From an uncultured Saprospiraceae bacterium (GTDB taxonomy: Bacteria > Bacteroidota > Bacteroidia > Chitinophagales > Saprospiraceae): a DNA stretch of 64,000 bases. Under the pieces are notes generated by a model that searched no databases, was not told the DNA's origin, and saw nothing but the letters and a program-made list of their open reading frames with translations. Positions 1-9,692 of the stretch are shown piece by piece; positions within the stretch are counted from its first letter, which is position 1, and every line of letters begins with the position of its first letter. The DNA lies in the NCBI GenBank assembly GCA_943788055.1, contig CALSOU010000010.1, forward strand, positions 25,805-89,804, given 5' to 3'. The position numbers and the translations under genes were made by a program.

Positions 1-1168
1 TTTCACTGCTGTCTATTGTTGAGGCATTCAAAGCCATAAGCTCAACCTGCCGTTCTCGCTCCCTTTTATTCAATAACTCGATATTATCAATCTTGGACCT
101 TAAACTAGACAAATCGTCGAGATTTACTTCACTTGACTCCAGAATAGTAATATCCCAATTCTCAAGTCCCACTTTTTTCATCTTTTCTAGGTAAACTGGA
201 ATCTTCGACTGATTTATTGAGTCACCGTAGACTTTAAGTAGCAGGGTAGAGGTGCTATCAGATACGATATCAACTTTGAAGCCATCTAAATACGGATTTT
301 CCAGGCCGAATGCTTGATCTATAAAAACCTCGATTTGCTGTTGGACTTTTACACTGTCAAGCACATTTCTTAGGATAAAAAATGAAGGTATGACCATAAG
401 CAATGAGAACAATACAACAACTACACGATTTCTAAAACGTTCAACGGGGTTCAAATACCTTCTGTAAGGAAATTTCAAAAAACGAACAATTATATACGTT
501 GAGAGTGTGATAAAACTCGTATTCAGGAGAAAAAGATAAAAGGAATTTAATGCATAGCTCCAGTTATGAGTTGCCAATCCAAAACCAGTAACGCAAAGTG
601 GTGGCATCAATGCGGTAGCAATCGCTACTCCTGGTAGTGTAGTAGATAAATCTTTCCTAGCAATTGAAATAATCCCCGCTAGCCCACCAAAGATTGCCAC
701 AAGTACATCTAGTGTTAGTGGCTCTGTTCTAGATGCAATCGACGGTGTAACTTGACCAAAAGGTGTAAAGGAAAAGTATATATAACTCGTAAGGAGTGCA
801 ATAACAATTGCTGCAAAGAAATGCACAAAAGATTGCTTAACAACCTCTTTATCATTCACGCCAATTCCCAACCCGATTCCCAGAATAGGAGACATAAGTG
901 GAGAAATAAGCATGGCACCTATTATTACGGCATCAGAATCCCTGTCAAGTCCAATAGATGCTATGATAATTGAGCACATCAGCATCCACGCATTTGCTCC
1001 AGACATTGACTTTCGAGACTTTATCTCAGCTATTGTTGCGAGCTTATCTACTCCCTTCCTTAAATCAATAATGTCAAGAATAAAGCCTTTCACGAAGCTC
1101 CATTTAAATGGATTAAGTGCTTCGTCGCCCTTTGGCTTTTGTTTTCCATTTGTAGGTGTCTTATTCAT
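1..1168 (-). CDS. DUF389-family integral membrane protein (3' end runs off the window)
   Basis: Not in the ORF track because it touches the window edge. My translation of the minus strand from the ATG at 1168 gives MNKTPTNGKQKPKGDEALNPFKWSF...GAMLISPLMSPILGIGLGIGVND...GVAIATALMPPLCVTGFGL. The hydrophobic Gly/Pro-rich repeats are typical of DUF389/TIGR00341. The + strand ORFs 752..973 and 912..1181 are antisense shadows. Confidence 0.6.
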   Translation of the reverse strand, partial: MNKTPTNGKQKPKGDEALNPFKWSFVKGFILDIIDLRKGVDKLATIAEIKSRKSMSGANAWMLMCSIIIASIGLDRDSDAVIIGAMLISPLMSPILGIGLGIGVNDKEVVKQSFVHFFAAIVIALLTSYIYFSFTPFGQVTPSIASRTEPLTLDVLVAIFGGLAGIISIARKDLSTTLPGVAIATALMPPLCVTGFGLATHNWSYALNSFYLFLLNTSFITLSTYIIVRFLKFPYRRYLNPVERFRNRVVVVLFSLLMVIPSFFILRNVLDSVKVQQQIEVFIDQAFGLENPYLDGFKVDIVSDSTSTLLLKVYGDSINQSKIPVYLEKMKKVGLENWDITILESSEVNLDDLSSLRSKIDNIELLNKRERERQVELMALNASTIDSSE

Positions 1169-1196
1169 TTATTTCAAATGAAGTTTGTAATAAGCT

Positions 1197-1859
1197 CTAA
1201 ATAAAGTTACCATCCTGCATGTAAAGCGTTCTGTCGCTCAATGAACCAAGCTCTTGATTGTGAGTAACTATTACAAAGCTTTGATTTAGATCATGCTTTA
1301 ATTTTATGAACAGATTATGCAATTCGTCCGAGCTTTCTTGGTCAAGGTTTCCTGAAGGTTCATCCGCAAAAACAAGAAGAGGATCGTTAATTAATGCTCT
1401 TGCAACTGCAACCCTCTGTTGTTCCCCCCCTGACAACTGTCCAGGTTTATGGTCCAATCGTTCACTCAGTCCTAGGTAGTCAAGCAGTTCCTTTGCTTTG
1501 TCATTGGTCAGCTTTGAATTGGTTTGACCAATGTAAGCAGGGATCAATACATTCTCCAATGCGGTAAACTCATTTAATAAATGGTGGAACTGAAAAATGA
1601 AACCAATTTTGTCATTTCGGAATCTCGCAATTTCTTGACTTTTGAGCGTCGTGATTTCTACTTTATCAATCTCAACAGTTCCTTTATCTGAATTATCCAA
1701 AGTTCCTAGAATTTGAAGAAGAGTCGATTTACCAGAACCTGATTTGCCCATGATTGCTACTATTTCCGATTCATAAACGGTAATATCAATTCCTTTTAGT
1801 ACCTTAAGTGTTCCAAAAGATTTATGAATATCAACTGCATTTAAAAGAGTATTCTTCAA
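1197..1859 (-). CDS. lolD: ABC transporter ATP-binding protein, LolD-like
   Basis: Walker A GKSGSGKST, signature LSGGEQQRVAVARA, Walker B LVFADEPSGNLD. The 220 aa size is typical of the LolD/MacB-type ATPase subfamily. Confidence 0.8.
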   Translation of the reverse strand: MKNTLLNAVDIHKSFGTLKVLKGIDITVYESEIVAIMGKSGSGKSTLLQILGTLDNSDKGTVEIDKVEITTLKSQEIARFRNDKIGFIFQFHHLLNEFTALENVLIPAYIGQTNSKLTNDKAKELLDYLGLSERLDHKPGQLSGGEQQRVAVARALINDPLLVFADEPSGNLDQESSDELHNLFIKLKHDLNQSFVIVTHNQELGSLSDRTLYMQDGNFI

Positions 1860-2108
1860 AATATAAAATTTAGGAAAGCCACCTACAATTTAAATGATCA
1901 ATGATTGACGAACAAAAACAAGTTAAGTCGAAAATAAATTTTAGAAATAATTAACATATTTGAAAATATTTATTTTCCAAATCAAGTTAGTCCATTGTCT
2001 TGCCAAAGGTAAAAAAAAGAATTTAGCTTAGAATATAGCTCGAGTTTAAAGATCTAGGTAGTATCGCTGCGGCTCGAGCATTATTTTCGTTTATAGTACA
2101 AATTGATA

Positions 2109-2116
2109 TATTTTTG
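2109..2116 (+). promoter_or_regulatory. Bacteroidota -7 promoter box (TATTTTTG)
   Basis: Matches the TAnnTTTG consensus 28 nt upstream of the ATG at 2144. This argues against the track's start at 2114. Confidence 0.4.
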
Positions 2117-2143
2117 CAGTCCTTAAAAACAGATTTGACTCCT

Positions 2144-3391
2144 ATGAGGATTCTTCAGCTATGTAAAAAATTTCCTTACCCTTTGAAAGATGGAGAGTCA
2201 ATTGCAGTGACTTACCTTTCTAAAGCTCTGCACGATCTTGGATGTGAAATGACGCTTCTATGCATGAATACTACTAAGCATTACACAGAACTTAAGACCT
2301 TACCAAAGGACTTCAATCATTATAATGAGATTTTAGTAACAAAGCTTGATAACGCCATCAAGCTAGTCGATGCCTTTAAGAATCTTTTCTCCAAAGAATC
2401 CTACCATGTTTCTAGGTTCGTTTCAAAAGAATTTGAAGAAGAACTAATACGGTTGTTAGAATGTAAAACCTTTGATGTTATTCAACTAGAAACACTTTAT
2501 TTGGCTCCATATATTGAAATAATCCGTCAACACAGTGACGCTCTGATTAGTATGAGAGCACATAATGTGGAACATGAAATTTGGGAACGGATCACACAGA
2601 ACACCAAACATCTCCCTAAAAAATGGTACCTAGGACACCTAGCCAAGAAGTTGAAAAACTTTGAAATAGGCAAACTAAATGACTATGACTATTTAATCAC
2701 GGTTACAGACAAAGACTTAAAAAAGTTTAAGAAACTTGGCTATAGAAAGGGTGCTGCATCATCACCGATAGGTATAAATGTAAGTGATTACAATCGTAAC
2801 AAACTGGATCTTAAGCACCCATTATCAATGTGTTTTATAGGCTCTCTTGATTGGATGCCAAATCTTGAAGGATTGGATTGGTTTCTTGAGCATGTTTGGC
2901 CTAGGGTAAATGCAACGTATCCCAAAGTAAAAATGCATGTTGCAGGTCGTAATACGCCTGCAAAAATCAAGCAATTGGAAGCTGGAGGACTTCAGATTCA
3001 TGGTGAAGTTGCTTCTGCAATAGGTTTCATTTCAGATCATCCAATAATGCTTGTCCCACTTTTTAGTGGAAGTGGAATGCGTGTCAAAATCCTCGAAGGG
3101 CTGGCTCTTGGCAGAGTTATAATTACTACCTCAATGGGACTGGAAGGAATTAATGCTAGGCATATGCAAGAAGTTATGATAGCTGACACGCCTGAGGAAT
3201 TCATGCAGTGCATCGAATTTTGCCATAACTACCCATCCAAACTTGAATCTATTTCTGAAAATGCGAAATCATTTGTAAAGCAACACTACGATAATCAAAA
3301 TAACGCGAGCGAGTTAAAAGATCTCTATCAAAAACTACTGATTAAATACAGAAACAAGAATATTGAAAAGCCCAGTGTGAAAACTAATTAA
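2144..3391 (+). CDS. Glycosyltransferase family 4 (GT-B fold)
   Basis: N-terminus MRILQLCKKFPYPLKDGESIAV. C-terminal GT1/GT4 motif LVPLFSGSGMRVKILEGLALGRVIITT. Start moved to the ATG at 2144, downstream of the -7 box. Confidence 0.75.
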   Translation: MRILQLCKKFPYPLKDGESIAVTYLSKALHDLGCEMTLLCMNTTKHYTELKTLPKDFNHYNEILVTKLDNAIKLVDAFKNLFSKESYHVSRFVSKEFEEELIRLLECKTFDVIQLETLYLAPYIEIIRQHSDALISMRAHNVEHEIWERITQNTKHLPKKWYLGHLAKKLKNFEIGKLNDYDYLITVTDKDLKKFKKLGYRKGAASSPIGINVSDYNRNKLDLKHPLSMCFIGSLDWMPNLEGLDWFLEHVWPRVNATYPKVKMHVAGRNTPAKIKQLEAGGLQIHGEVASAIGFISDHPIMLVPLFSGSGMRVKILEGLALGRVIITTSMGLEGINARHMQEVMIADTPEEFMQCIEFCHNYPSKLESISENAKSFVKQHYDNQNNASELKDLYQKLLIKYRNKNIEKPSVKTN

Positions 3392-3581
3392 ACTAGTGCT
3401 CTTTCCTTCTAATTCTGATAAATTCCAATCACCTTTCGATATCGATTAATGCCTATACCTAAGGTTGTGGACTCTTAATGCTTTTACTTGCATTAACTCT
3501 ATAAGTTCAGCACTAAATATTAAAGTGGTATTTTGAAATTATTTCTTTTTGGCGAAAGTCAATCATAAACAGAGATTATTC

Positions 3582-3589
3582 TAGCTTTG
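3582..3589 (+). promoter_or_regulatory. Bacteroidota -7 promoter box (TAGCTTTG)
   Basis: TAnnTTTG match immediately upstream of the ATG at 3597. This implies a very short or absent leader. Confidence 0.35.
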
Positions 3590-3596
3590 CAGCCTG

Positions 3597-4778
3597 ATGC
3601 AATTGCCTAAAGAACACAAACCAAAGCTATTAATTCTAAGCCCTCGCTTTCCGTTTCCATTGGACAAGGGAGATAAACTTCGTTTGTTTCACCAGATCAA
3701 GAGATTATCAAAAGCCTTTAAGATCAGTTTGGTCGCTCTTTCTGACGAGTCAGTAATAGACTCAAGCGAGAAAGCTTTGGAGAAATATGTTCATTCAATG
3801 CATATTCTCTATCAGGGTTCGCTGAGAAATCCTAAAGCTATCATCAAGTCGTTTTTACTCAATCAAGCCATTCAAGTTTCATACTATTATCACTCCTCAC
3901 TGCAGAAGAAGATCGATCAAATAGTCGAAATTGAATCGCCTGACTTCATGTATGTCCAGCTTATTAGGATGGCTTCCTACACCAAGAACTCCAAGGTTCC
4001 CTGCTTCATTGACTTTATGGACGCGATGTCTCTGAATATGGAGAGAGAGTCAAATTATCACAAAGGCTTAATTAGGTGGATCTACAAAAGAGAACATAAG
4101 CTTCTTTCAAAGGCAGAAATTGAAAAATCCGAGAATTTTGAAGGAAAATCTATCATTTCTGACCAAGACAAAGCATATCTCCAAAAGCTTGGAGTAAGTA
4201 ACCTCCATGTTATACAAAATGGCGTTGATCTTGATTATTTCAATCAGAATAACTTGGAAGATGTTCAGAGAAAATATGACATAGTATTTGTAGGTAACAT
4301 GGGTTATCTGCCCAACGTAGAAGCGGCAGAATATTTGGTTAACACTGTAGCAAAAAGAAATTGGAGTGTGCTTATAGCCGGAAGCAGACCGCACAAAAGA
4401 GTAAAAAGACTTGAAAATGAAAACATTGTAGTATCTGGATGGGTTCCTGATATTAGGACTGCTTACCTGTCAGGAGCTATCATGGTTGCTCCGATATTTT
4501 CTGGGGCAGGTCAACAAAATAAAGTATTGGAAGCTATGGCTTTGTCCAAAGTTTGCATATCTACAACACAAGTAGCCAAAGGTATTGGTGCGGAGCATAA
4601 TAAGACGATAATTGTTGCTGATACACCAAATGAGTTTCAAAATCAAATCGAAACACTACTAGAGAACCCAAATTTGGCAGATAGTATTGGTAAAAATGCA
4701 CGTATCTTTGTGGAAGAAAATTTCCACTGGGATTTGCAGGTTGAAAAATTAAAGAAAGCCTTGCTTTCTATCATTTAG
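3597..4778 (+). CDS. Glycosyltransferase (GT4-like)
   Basis: N-terminus KLLILSPRFPFPLDKGDKLR. C-terminal motif VAPIFSGAGQQNKVLEAMALSKVCISTT, the E-x7-E-type GT-B donor-binding region. Confidence 0.7.
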   Translation: MQLPKEHKPKLLILSPRFPFPLDKGDKLRLFHQIKRLSKAFKISLVALSDESVIDSSEKALEKYVHSMHILYQGSLRNPKAIIKSFLLNQAIQVSYYYHSSLQKKIDQIVEIESPDFMYVQLIRMASYTKNSKVPCFIDFMDAMSLNMERESNYHKGLIRWIYKREHKLLSKAEIEKSENFEGKSIISDQDKAYLQKLGVSNLHVIQNGVDLDYFNQNNLEDVQRKYDIVFVGNMGYLPNVEAAEYLVNTVAKRNWSVLIAGSRPHKRVKRLENENIVVSGWVPDIRTAYLSGAIMVAPIFSGAGQQNKVLEAMALSKVCISTTQVAKGIGAEHNKTIIVADTPNEFQNQIETLLENPNLADSIGKNARIFVEENFHWDLQVEKLKKALLSII

Positions 4779-4791
4779 TAAGAAATTTAAG

Positions 4792-5925
4792 ATGAATACA
4801 TTACAAGAACAAGAAACAAAAATTACGCTTCACTCAATTCCAGAAGCGATCGAGGCGATCAAAAAAGGTGAAATTATAATTGTTGTTGACGATGAAGATC
4901 GCGAAAATGAAGGTGATTTCATATGTGCCGCGGAAATGGTCACTCCTGAAATTATTAATTTCATGGCTTCTCACGGTCGTGGGTTAATATGTACTCCTAT
5001 TATGGATAGTCTTGCAGACAAACTTGATCTTGCACCGATGGTAAGTCAGAATACTGCTTTGCACGAAACAGCATTTACAGTGTCAATTGACTATCTTAAA
5101 AAGGACTGCTCAACAGGAATTTCTGCCTACGATAGATCTACTGGCATCAAAGCACTTACTGAACCAAACACTGTAGCAACAGATTATGCTAAACCAGGAC
5201 ACATTTTCCCTTTACGGGCAAAAGATGGTGGTGTATTGAGAAGAACAGGGCACACAGAAGCAGCCGTTGATCTCGCGCATATGGCTGGCTTTTTTCCAGC
5301 TGGAGTCTTAGTTGAGATTCTAAATGAAGACGGAACTATGGCCCGCTTACCTCAATTAATAGAGATTTCAAAAAAGCACAATCTGAAGCTCATATCTATA
5401 AAAGATTTAGTAGCATATCGAATGGCGACAGAAAGAATTGTTCGTAAGGAATTTGAAACAAATTTGGACACTAAATATGGACATATTCGTGCAGTTGCTT
5501 ACAAACAGCTAACTACAAATGACACACATCTCGTATTGATCAAAGGCAATATCAGTCAGCAAAAAGAAGTCCTAGTCCGTGCACATTCTAGTAGTGAAAC
5601 ATCTGATATAGTAGCATACTTATTTGGCCAAGGAGGAAAAATTGTGGAAGATTCGTTAAAGAAAATCGAAGAGGAAGGAGCAGGTGTTTTTCTCTATATG
5701 AGACAAGGTGAAAAGGGGGACGGAATTGTTAACAAATTGAAAGAAATAGACGACGACCCATCAAATGATCCGTTGAAATCGAAAATACAAAGAGACTTTG
5801 GTGTTGGGGCTCAAATCCTTAGAGACTTAGGAATAAGGAAGATCAAACTTTTAACCAACAATCCAAAAAAGCGAATAGCTCTAGATGGTTATGGACTTGA
5901 AATAACTGAATTCGTTGCATTGTAG
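4792..5925 (+). CDS. ribBA: 3,4-dihydroxy-2-butanone-4-phosphate synthase fused to a degenerate GTP cyclohydrolase II-like domain
   Basis: RibB motifs [18 protein letters not shown] and [13 protein letters not shown]. The C-terminal half aligns to RibA ([19 protein letters not shown]) but contains no cysteine. Confidence 0.85.
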   Translation: MNTLQEQETKITLHSIPEAIEAIKKGEIIIVVDDEDRENEGDFICAAEMVTPEIINFMASHGRGLICTPIMDSLADKLDLAPMVSQNTALHETAFTVSIDYLKKDCSTGISAYDRSTGIKALTEPNTVATDYAKPGHIFPLRAKDGGVLRRTGHTEAAVDLAHMAGFFPAGVLVEILNEDGTMARLPQLIEISKKHNLKLISIKDLVAYRMATERIVRKEFETNLDTKYGHIRAVAYKQLTTNDTHLVLIKGNISQQKEVLVRAHSSSETSDIVAYLFGQGGKIVEDSLKKIEEEGAGVFLYMRQGEKGDGIVNKLKEIDDDPSNDPLKSKIQRDFGVGAQILRDLGIRKIKLLTNNPKKRIALDGYGLEITEFVAL

Positions 5926-5967
5926 TCCAAACCGAATCTCAGTTATATTTTACCTTGGGACTTAAGA

Positions 5968-7020
5968 TTAGAATTGTGGGCAAAAGGCGCTGTCTTCTAC
6001 AACTTCGCCGGTATAAGTAATGGAGATTTCTAAGACACCCATACCTTGATATTGATTTGAGAAGTCTCTGGTGTTTATGTCATAACTCAATCCTAACAAC
6101 ATTTCATTAACCTCGAAACCAGCGAAAGGAACTAAATGAGATAAGCCAATGTCTTCAGAAGAGTTTGATAACCTACCGAATCCTCCTACGTGTACTGCAG
6201 ATTTATTGTTAGTCCCCAAGTCAAATCTCACGGTTGACCCAGCAAATAGCTGAACATGAGGACCTTGAACTTCAGCAATAATGCGAGGTTGTATGCTAAT
6301 AAAGTAACTTAGTTGATTTTGCGCACTTAGTTGGAAGCTATATAGTAGTGGTATGTTATTAACCTTTACCAAGTCTGGGTCCAAACTTTCACTTCTTCTC
6401 CAAAAACTCACATTCGGAGTACTCAAATGAGCGAAAGTGAGTCCTGCATTGATTCGATTCTTTTTATTAATTTCTTGCGAGTAGTTCAATCCCATGGAAA
6501 AGTCAGCATAAGCAAAATTATTTGCTTGTAGATCTTCCTCCGTAAAGCCTTCGAAACCATTTACATCGTTAAACTGATCTTCAAAGAATAAATTCTCGTA
6601 GTTTAAATTCTTTTGACCTAGACCTACCTCAAGACCAAAGCTAAGTATTTGCTTCCGATATTGACTTAATGACTTATGATATGCAAACAAAGCACTAATA
6701 GCATTTGTATTTTGCTCAATAAGAGATGTCCTATCCGAAAAGAACTTGATACCTGCACCTGCGTAATCAGGATTCTTTTTTTTCTCATTTACTTTAAAGC
6801 GATATTCACCGTTAAATACATATGTCGTTATTGGTGCTGGTGATGCAATTCTCCAAGCATCTCTGTAAACCCCGCCAACTCTATATGTACCATTGAAAGT
6901 GCCAGCTAAAGCCGGGTTTAAACTCAACGGAGTTGCGTAGTGCTGTGAAAAATCAGGATCTTGCCCTTGTAAAAAAAGGCTAGAAAACAGAAGTATTAAA
7001 ACAACAGAAATAACTCGCAT
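5968..7020 (-). CDS. PorP/SprF-family type IX secretion system membrane protein
   Basis: Signal peptide followed by QDPDFSQHYATPLSLNPALAG, the hallmark N-terminal motif of PorP/SprF (TIGR03519). The beta-barrel-like composition ends in an aromatic residue. Confidence 0.8.
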   Translation of the reverse strand: MRVISVVLILLFSSLFLQGQDPDFSQHYATPLSLNPALAGTFNGTYRVGGVYRDAWRIASPAPITTYVFNGEYRFKVNEKKKNPDYAGAGIKFFSDRTSLIEQNTNAISALFAYHKSLSQYRKQILSFGLEVGLGQKNLNYENLFFEDQFNDVNGFEGFTEEDLQANNFAYADFSMGLNYSQEINKKNRINAGLTFAHLSTPNVSFWRRSESLDPDLVKVNNIPLLYSFQLSAQNQLSYFISIQPRIIAEVQGPHVQLFAGSTVRFDLGTNNKSAVHVGGFGRLSNSSEDIGLSHLVPFAGFEVNEMLLGLSYDINTRDFSNQYQGMGVLEISITYTGEVVEDSAFCPQF

Positions 7021-7312
7021 CTATAAAATTTTCAATAAAAATACAAAGCTAGAACGAATAACACTCGATTATAGTTTGCCATTTGGATAAATTACATTTT
7101 AACAGTACAAGATTCATAAATCAACTTAGATACAAAACAGAAAGTTGTCGCAGATAGCTGTCCACCGATATATGCAAAGACATTGATCTATCGTTAACAA
7201 GTTTGTCATGTTCTTGTATAATTTCTTTGAGCATGTTGTTTTCTGTCAGTACTAATCTTGCAAAGCATTAATTGGTACGATTTATGTATATAGAATACTA
7301 ATAATATGTTTT

Positions 7313-8188
7313 ATGGCTGCACGTAAAAAGAAAGTGAAAAATTCTTCAAGAGCATCACTACCGTACTTGGTGTGTACTGTTTCAGTTTGTCCAATACGCA
7401 AGAAACCCAGTGATACAGCAGAAATTGTCACGCAGCTACTTTTTGGTGAATGCGGAGTCGTTCTGCTAAAGAAGCATAACAACTGGATGAAAATTCGCTG
7501 TTGTTACGACAATTATGAAGGATGGATTGATTCCAAACAAATTGTAAGAATTACCGAATCAGAAAAAGACAATTATACTAAAAGTCCATCATACTGCTTG
7601 GACTTAGTGCAAAGTGTATCTGGTAAAAATGAAACCTTCCCAATTGTTTTAGGATCGAGCTTACCACAGTTTGATGGATTACATTGTAATATTCATGATG
7701 AAAGATATCTTTTCAATGGCCTAGCAATAGATCCCGAAAGATTTGAAGATATCAGCGAGGACTTGGTCGACAGACTAGCTAGAAAATACCTACATGCTCC
7801 TTATCTCTGGGGAGGTAAATCTCCCTTTGGGATTGACTGCAGTGGATTCACGCAAATAATTTTCAAAATGTTGGGTATATTTCTTCCAAGAGACGCATCA
7901 CAGCAAGTTCAACATGGTGAAATTATCGATTTCCATGGAGGGAGTAAAGTAGGAGACTTAGCTTTCTTTGAAAACTCAGATGGCAAAATCATTCATGTAG
8001 GTATTATACTTTCAGAAAATAGAATCATCCATGCATCAGGCAGAGTCCGTATTGACGAAATAGATCATCACGGAATATACAATCGTGACTTAAAAAAATA
8101 TACGCATGTACACAGAGTGACGAAAAGATATTTTGAACTAAATTCTAATAGAGAAGGAATGGAGGAGTTATCAATTTCCAAAGTTTAG
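7313..8188 (+). CDS. C40 (NlpC/P60) family peptidase with N-terminal SH3b-like domain
   Basis: Catalytic Cys motif YLWGGKSPFGIDCSGFTQ and downstream His IIHVGI...IIHAS. N-terminal CTVSVCPIRKKPSDTAEIVTQLLFGE resembles SH3b. Confidence 0.8.
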   Translation: MAARKKKVKNSSRASLPYLVCTVSVCPIRKKPSDTAEIVTQLLFGECGVVLLKKHNNWMKIRCCYDNYEGWIDSKQIVRITESEKDNYTKSPSYCLDLVQSVSGKNETFPIVLGSSLPQFDGLHCNIHDERYLFNGLAIDPERFEDISEDLVDRLARKYLHAPYLWGGKSPFGIDCSGFTQIIFKMLGIFLPRDASQQVQHGEIIDFHGGSKVGDLAFFENSDGKIIHVGIILSENRIIHASGRVRIDEIDHHGIYNRDLKKYTHVHRVTKRYFELNSNREGMEELSISKV

Positions 8189-8291
8189 CATCTTCTTACT
8201 GAAGTACTTCTACATTCATTGTAACACCAAATACGGAAAGTTTTTTTCACGTACCATGGCCGTGCCTCCAACGATCTGTACCGCGTTGAGT

Positions 8292-9551
8292 CTATTCAAA
8301 TACTTGATCACTTCCTCCAAGAGCACCAGTCTCGACTGTTCTTAAATTTCTTTCGATCGCTCTTGAGCGAACACCTGCATCATCAATTGTTTTCGAAGCC
8401 TGTTGTAATTTCACTTGCACCTTTTCTAGCGTATCTCCAAATTTTCCAAATTCCGTCTTCACCGAGGCTAGTATCTTCCACACTTCGCTGCTCCGCTTCT
8501 CTATCGCTATCGACTTAAAACCCAACTGCAATGAATTAAGGAAGGCAGCTAAATTGGTTGGTCCAGCAAGCATGATCCTGTACTTATTTTGCAATTCTGT
8601 CATAATACCAGCATGTCTTGCTATCTCCGCATATAAGCCTTCAACTGGTAAAAACAAAACCCCAAAATCAGTAGTATGTGGAGGTGAAATATACTTTGTG
8701 TTAATATCCTTGGCCATTGACAGAACCGTTTTCAAAAGCGCTGACTGGGCAATATCGATTTCAGCAGGAGTTCCATTCTCGTAAGCTTCAACCAAAGCTT
8801 CGTACTTATCCATAGGAAACTTTGAATCAATAGGTAGCCAGACTTCTTGCGAGTTCTTTCCCGGAAATTTTATCGCAAATTCGACATGCGCTGAAGATCC
8901 TGGTATTGTTTTAACATTTAGGCTGTATTGATCCGGGCTTAGAATTTGTTCAAGAATATTTCCCAACAGCATTTCACCCATGACACCTCTAGTTTTGACA
9001 TTGCTCAAGACACGCTTCAGATCTCCAACTCCTGTTGCTAGGTTCTGCATTTCTCCCAAACCACGTTGCACGGCCTCTAGATGCTGACTTACACGTTCAA
9101 ATGACTTCCCTAGACGTGTTTCTAATGTTTTCTGAAGTTTCTCATCAACGGTTTCGCGCATCTTATCAAGCTGACTGTGGTTATCTTGTTGTAGTTTTTC
9201 AATGCTCAACCTGGTCGAATCACGTAATTTGGTCAACTGTTCTTCTTGCGTTTTACCGAGATGCTGCAGTTGAGTCTGAAATGCCTGGAACCACTGATTT
9301 TGATGATTCCCAAACAACTGCATTTGTTCATTCAGAGCACTCTGTTGGATACTAGAAAGCTGTTGATTATCAGTTTTGATTTCCTGGATATCTCTTCGTA
9401 TCGCCTGCTCTTGTAATTGCTGCTGATTATTAAGCATCTGTTGCAGAGGAGCAGTATCAAGCGAACGTTTCCGAAATAAAAGGACTAAAATCACTAGAAA
9501 CTGTAATACAACAAGCACCACAATAACCACTAGTAAGTCAGAATCATTCAT
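8292..9551 (-). CDS. rmuC: DNA recombination protein RmuC
   Basis: N-terminal TM helix, a long Q-rich coiled coil, and a C-terminal RmuC nuclease-like region (DFGVLFLPVEGLYAEI, AGPTNLAAFLNSLQLGF). Confidence 0.85.
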   Translation of the reverse strand: MNDSDLLVVIVVLVVLQFLVILVLLFRKRSLDTAPLQQMLNNQQQLQEQAIRRDIQEIKTDNQQLSSIQQSALNEQMQLFGNHQNQWFQAFQTQLQHLGKTQEEQLTKLRDSTRLSIEKLQQDNHSQLDKMRETVDEKLQKTLETRLGKSFERVSQHLEAVQRGLGEMQNLATGVGDLKRVLSNVKTRGVMGEMLLGNILEQILSPDQYSLNVKTIPGSSAHVEFAIKFPGKNSQEVWLPIDSKFPMDKYEALVEAYENGTPAEIDIAQSALLKTVLSMAKDINTKYISPPHTTDFGVLFLPVEGLYAEIARHAGIMTELQNKYRIMLAGPTNLAAFLNSLQLGFKSIAIEKRSSEVWKILASVKTEFGKFGDTLEKVQVKLQQASKTIDDAGVRSRAIERNLRTVETGALGGSDQVFE

Positions 9552-9692
9552 ATACTAAATACATTTAATATGTAAAAATATATAAATCAGATAGTATACG
9601 ACGAATAAATATAGGTAATAACTAGAATCTAGCTAACAAACTACCTTATCAAATCATCTCTTTCAGCAATCAGTATAAGCTAAGAAAATAGA

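Noticed and set aside
752-1181. Plus-strand ORFs 752..973 and 912..1181 from the track
   Set aside because: They lie antisense to a continuous minus-strand DUF389 membrane-protein frame (1..1168) and have no recognisable features. They are shadow ORFs.
4779-4791. FMN riboswitch upstream of ribBA. Also considered: a preQ1 riboswitch upstream of yhhQ (11574-11751), and a cobalamin riboswitch upstream of the TBDR (13495-13751) or the BtuF-like gene
   Set aside because: The ribBA leader is only 13 nt. The other intergenic regions are AT-rich, and I could not see the conserved cores of these riboswitches. An Infernal scan would be the definitive check.
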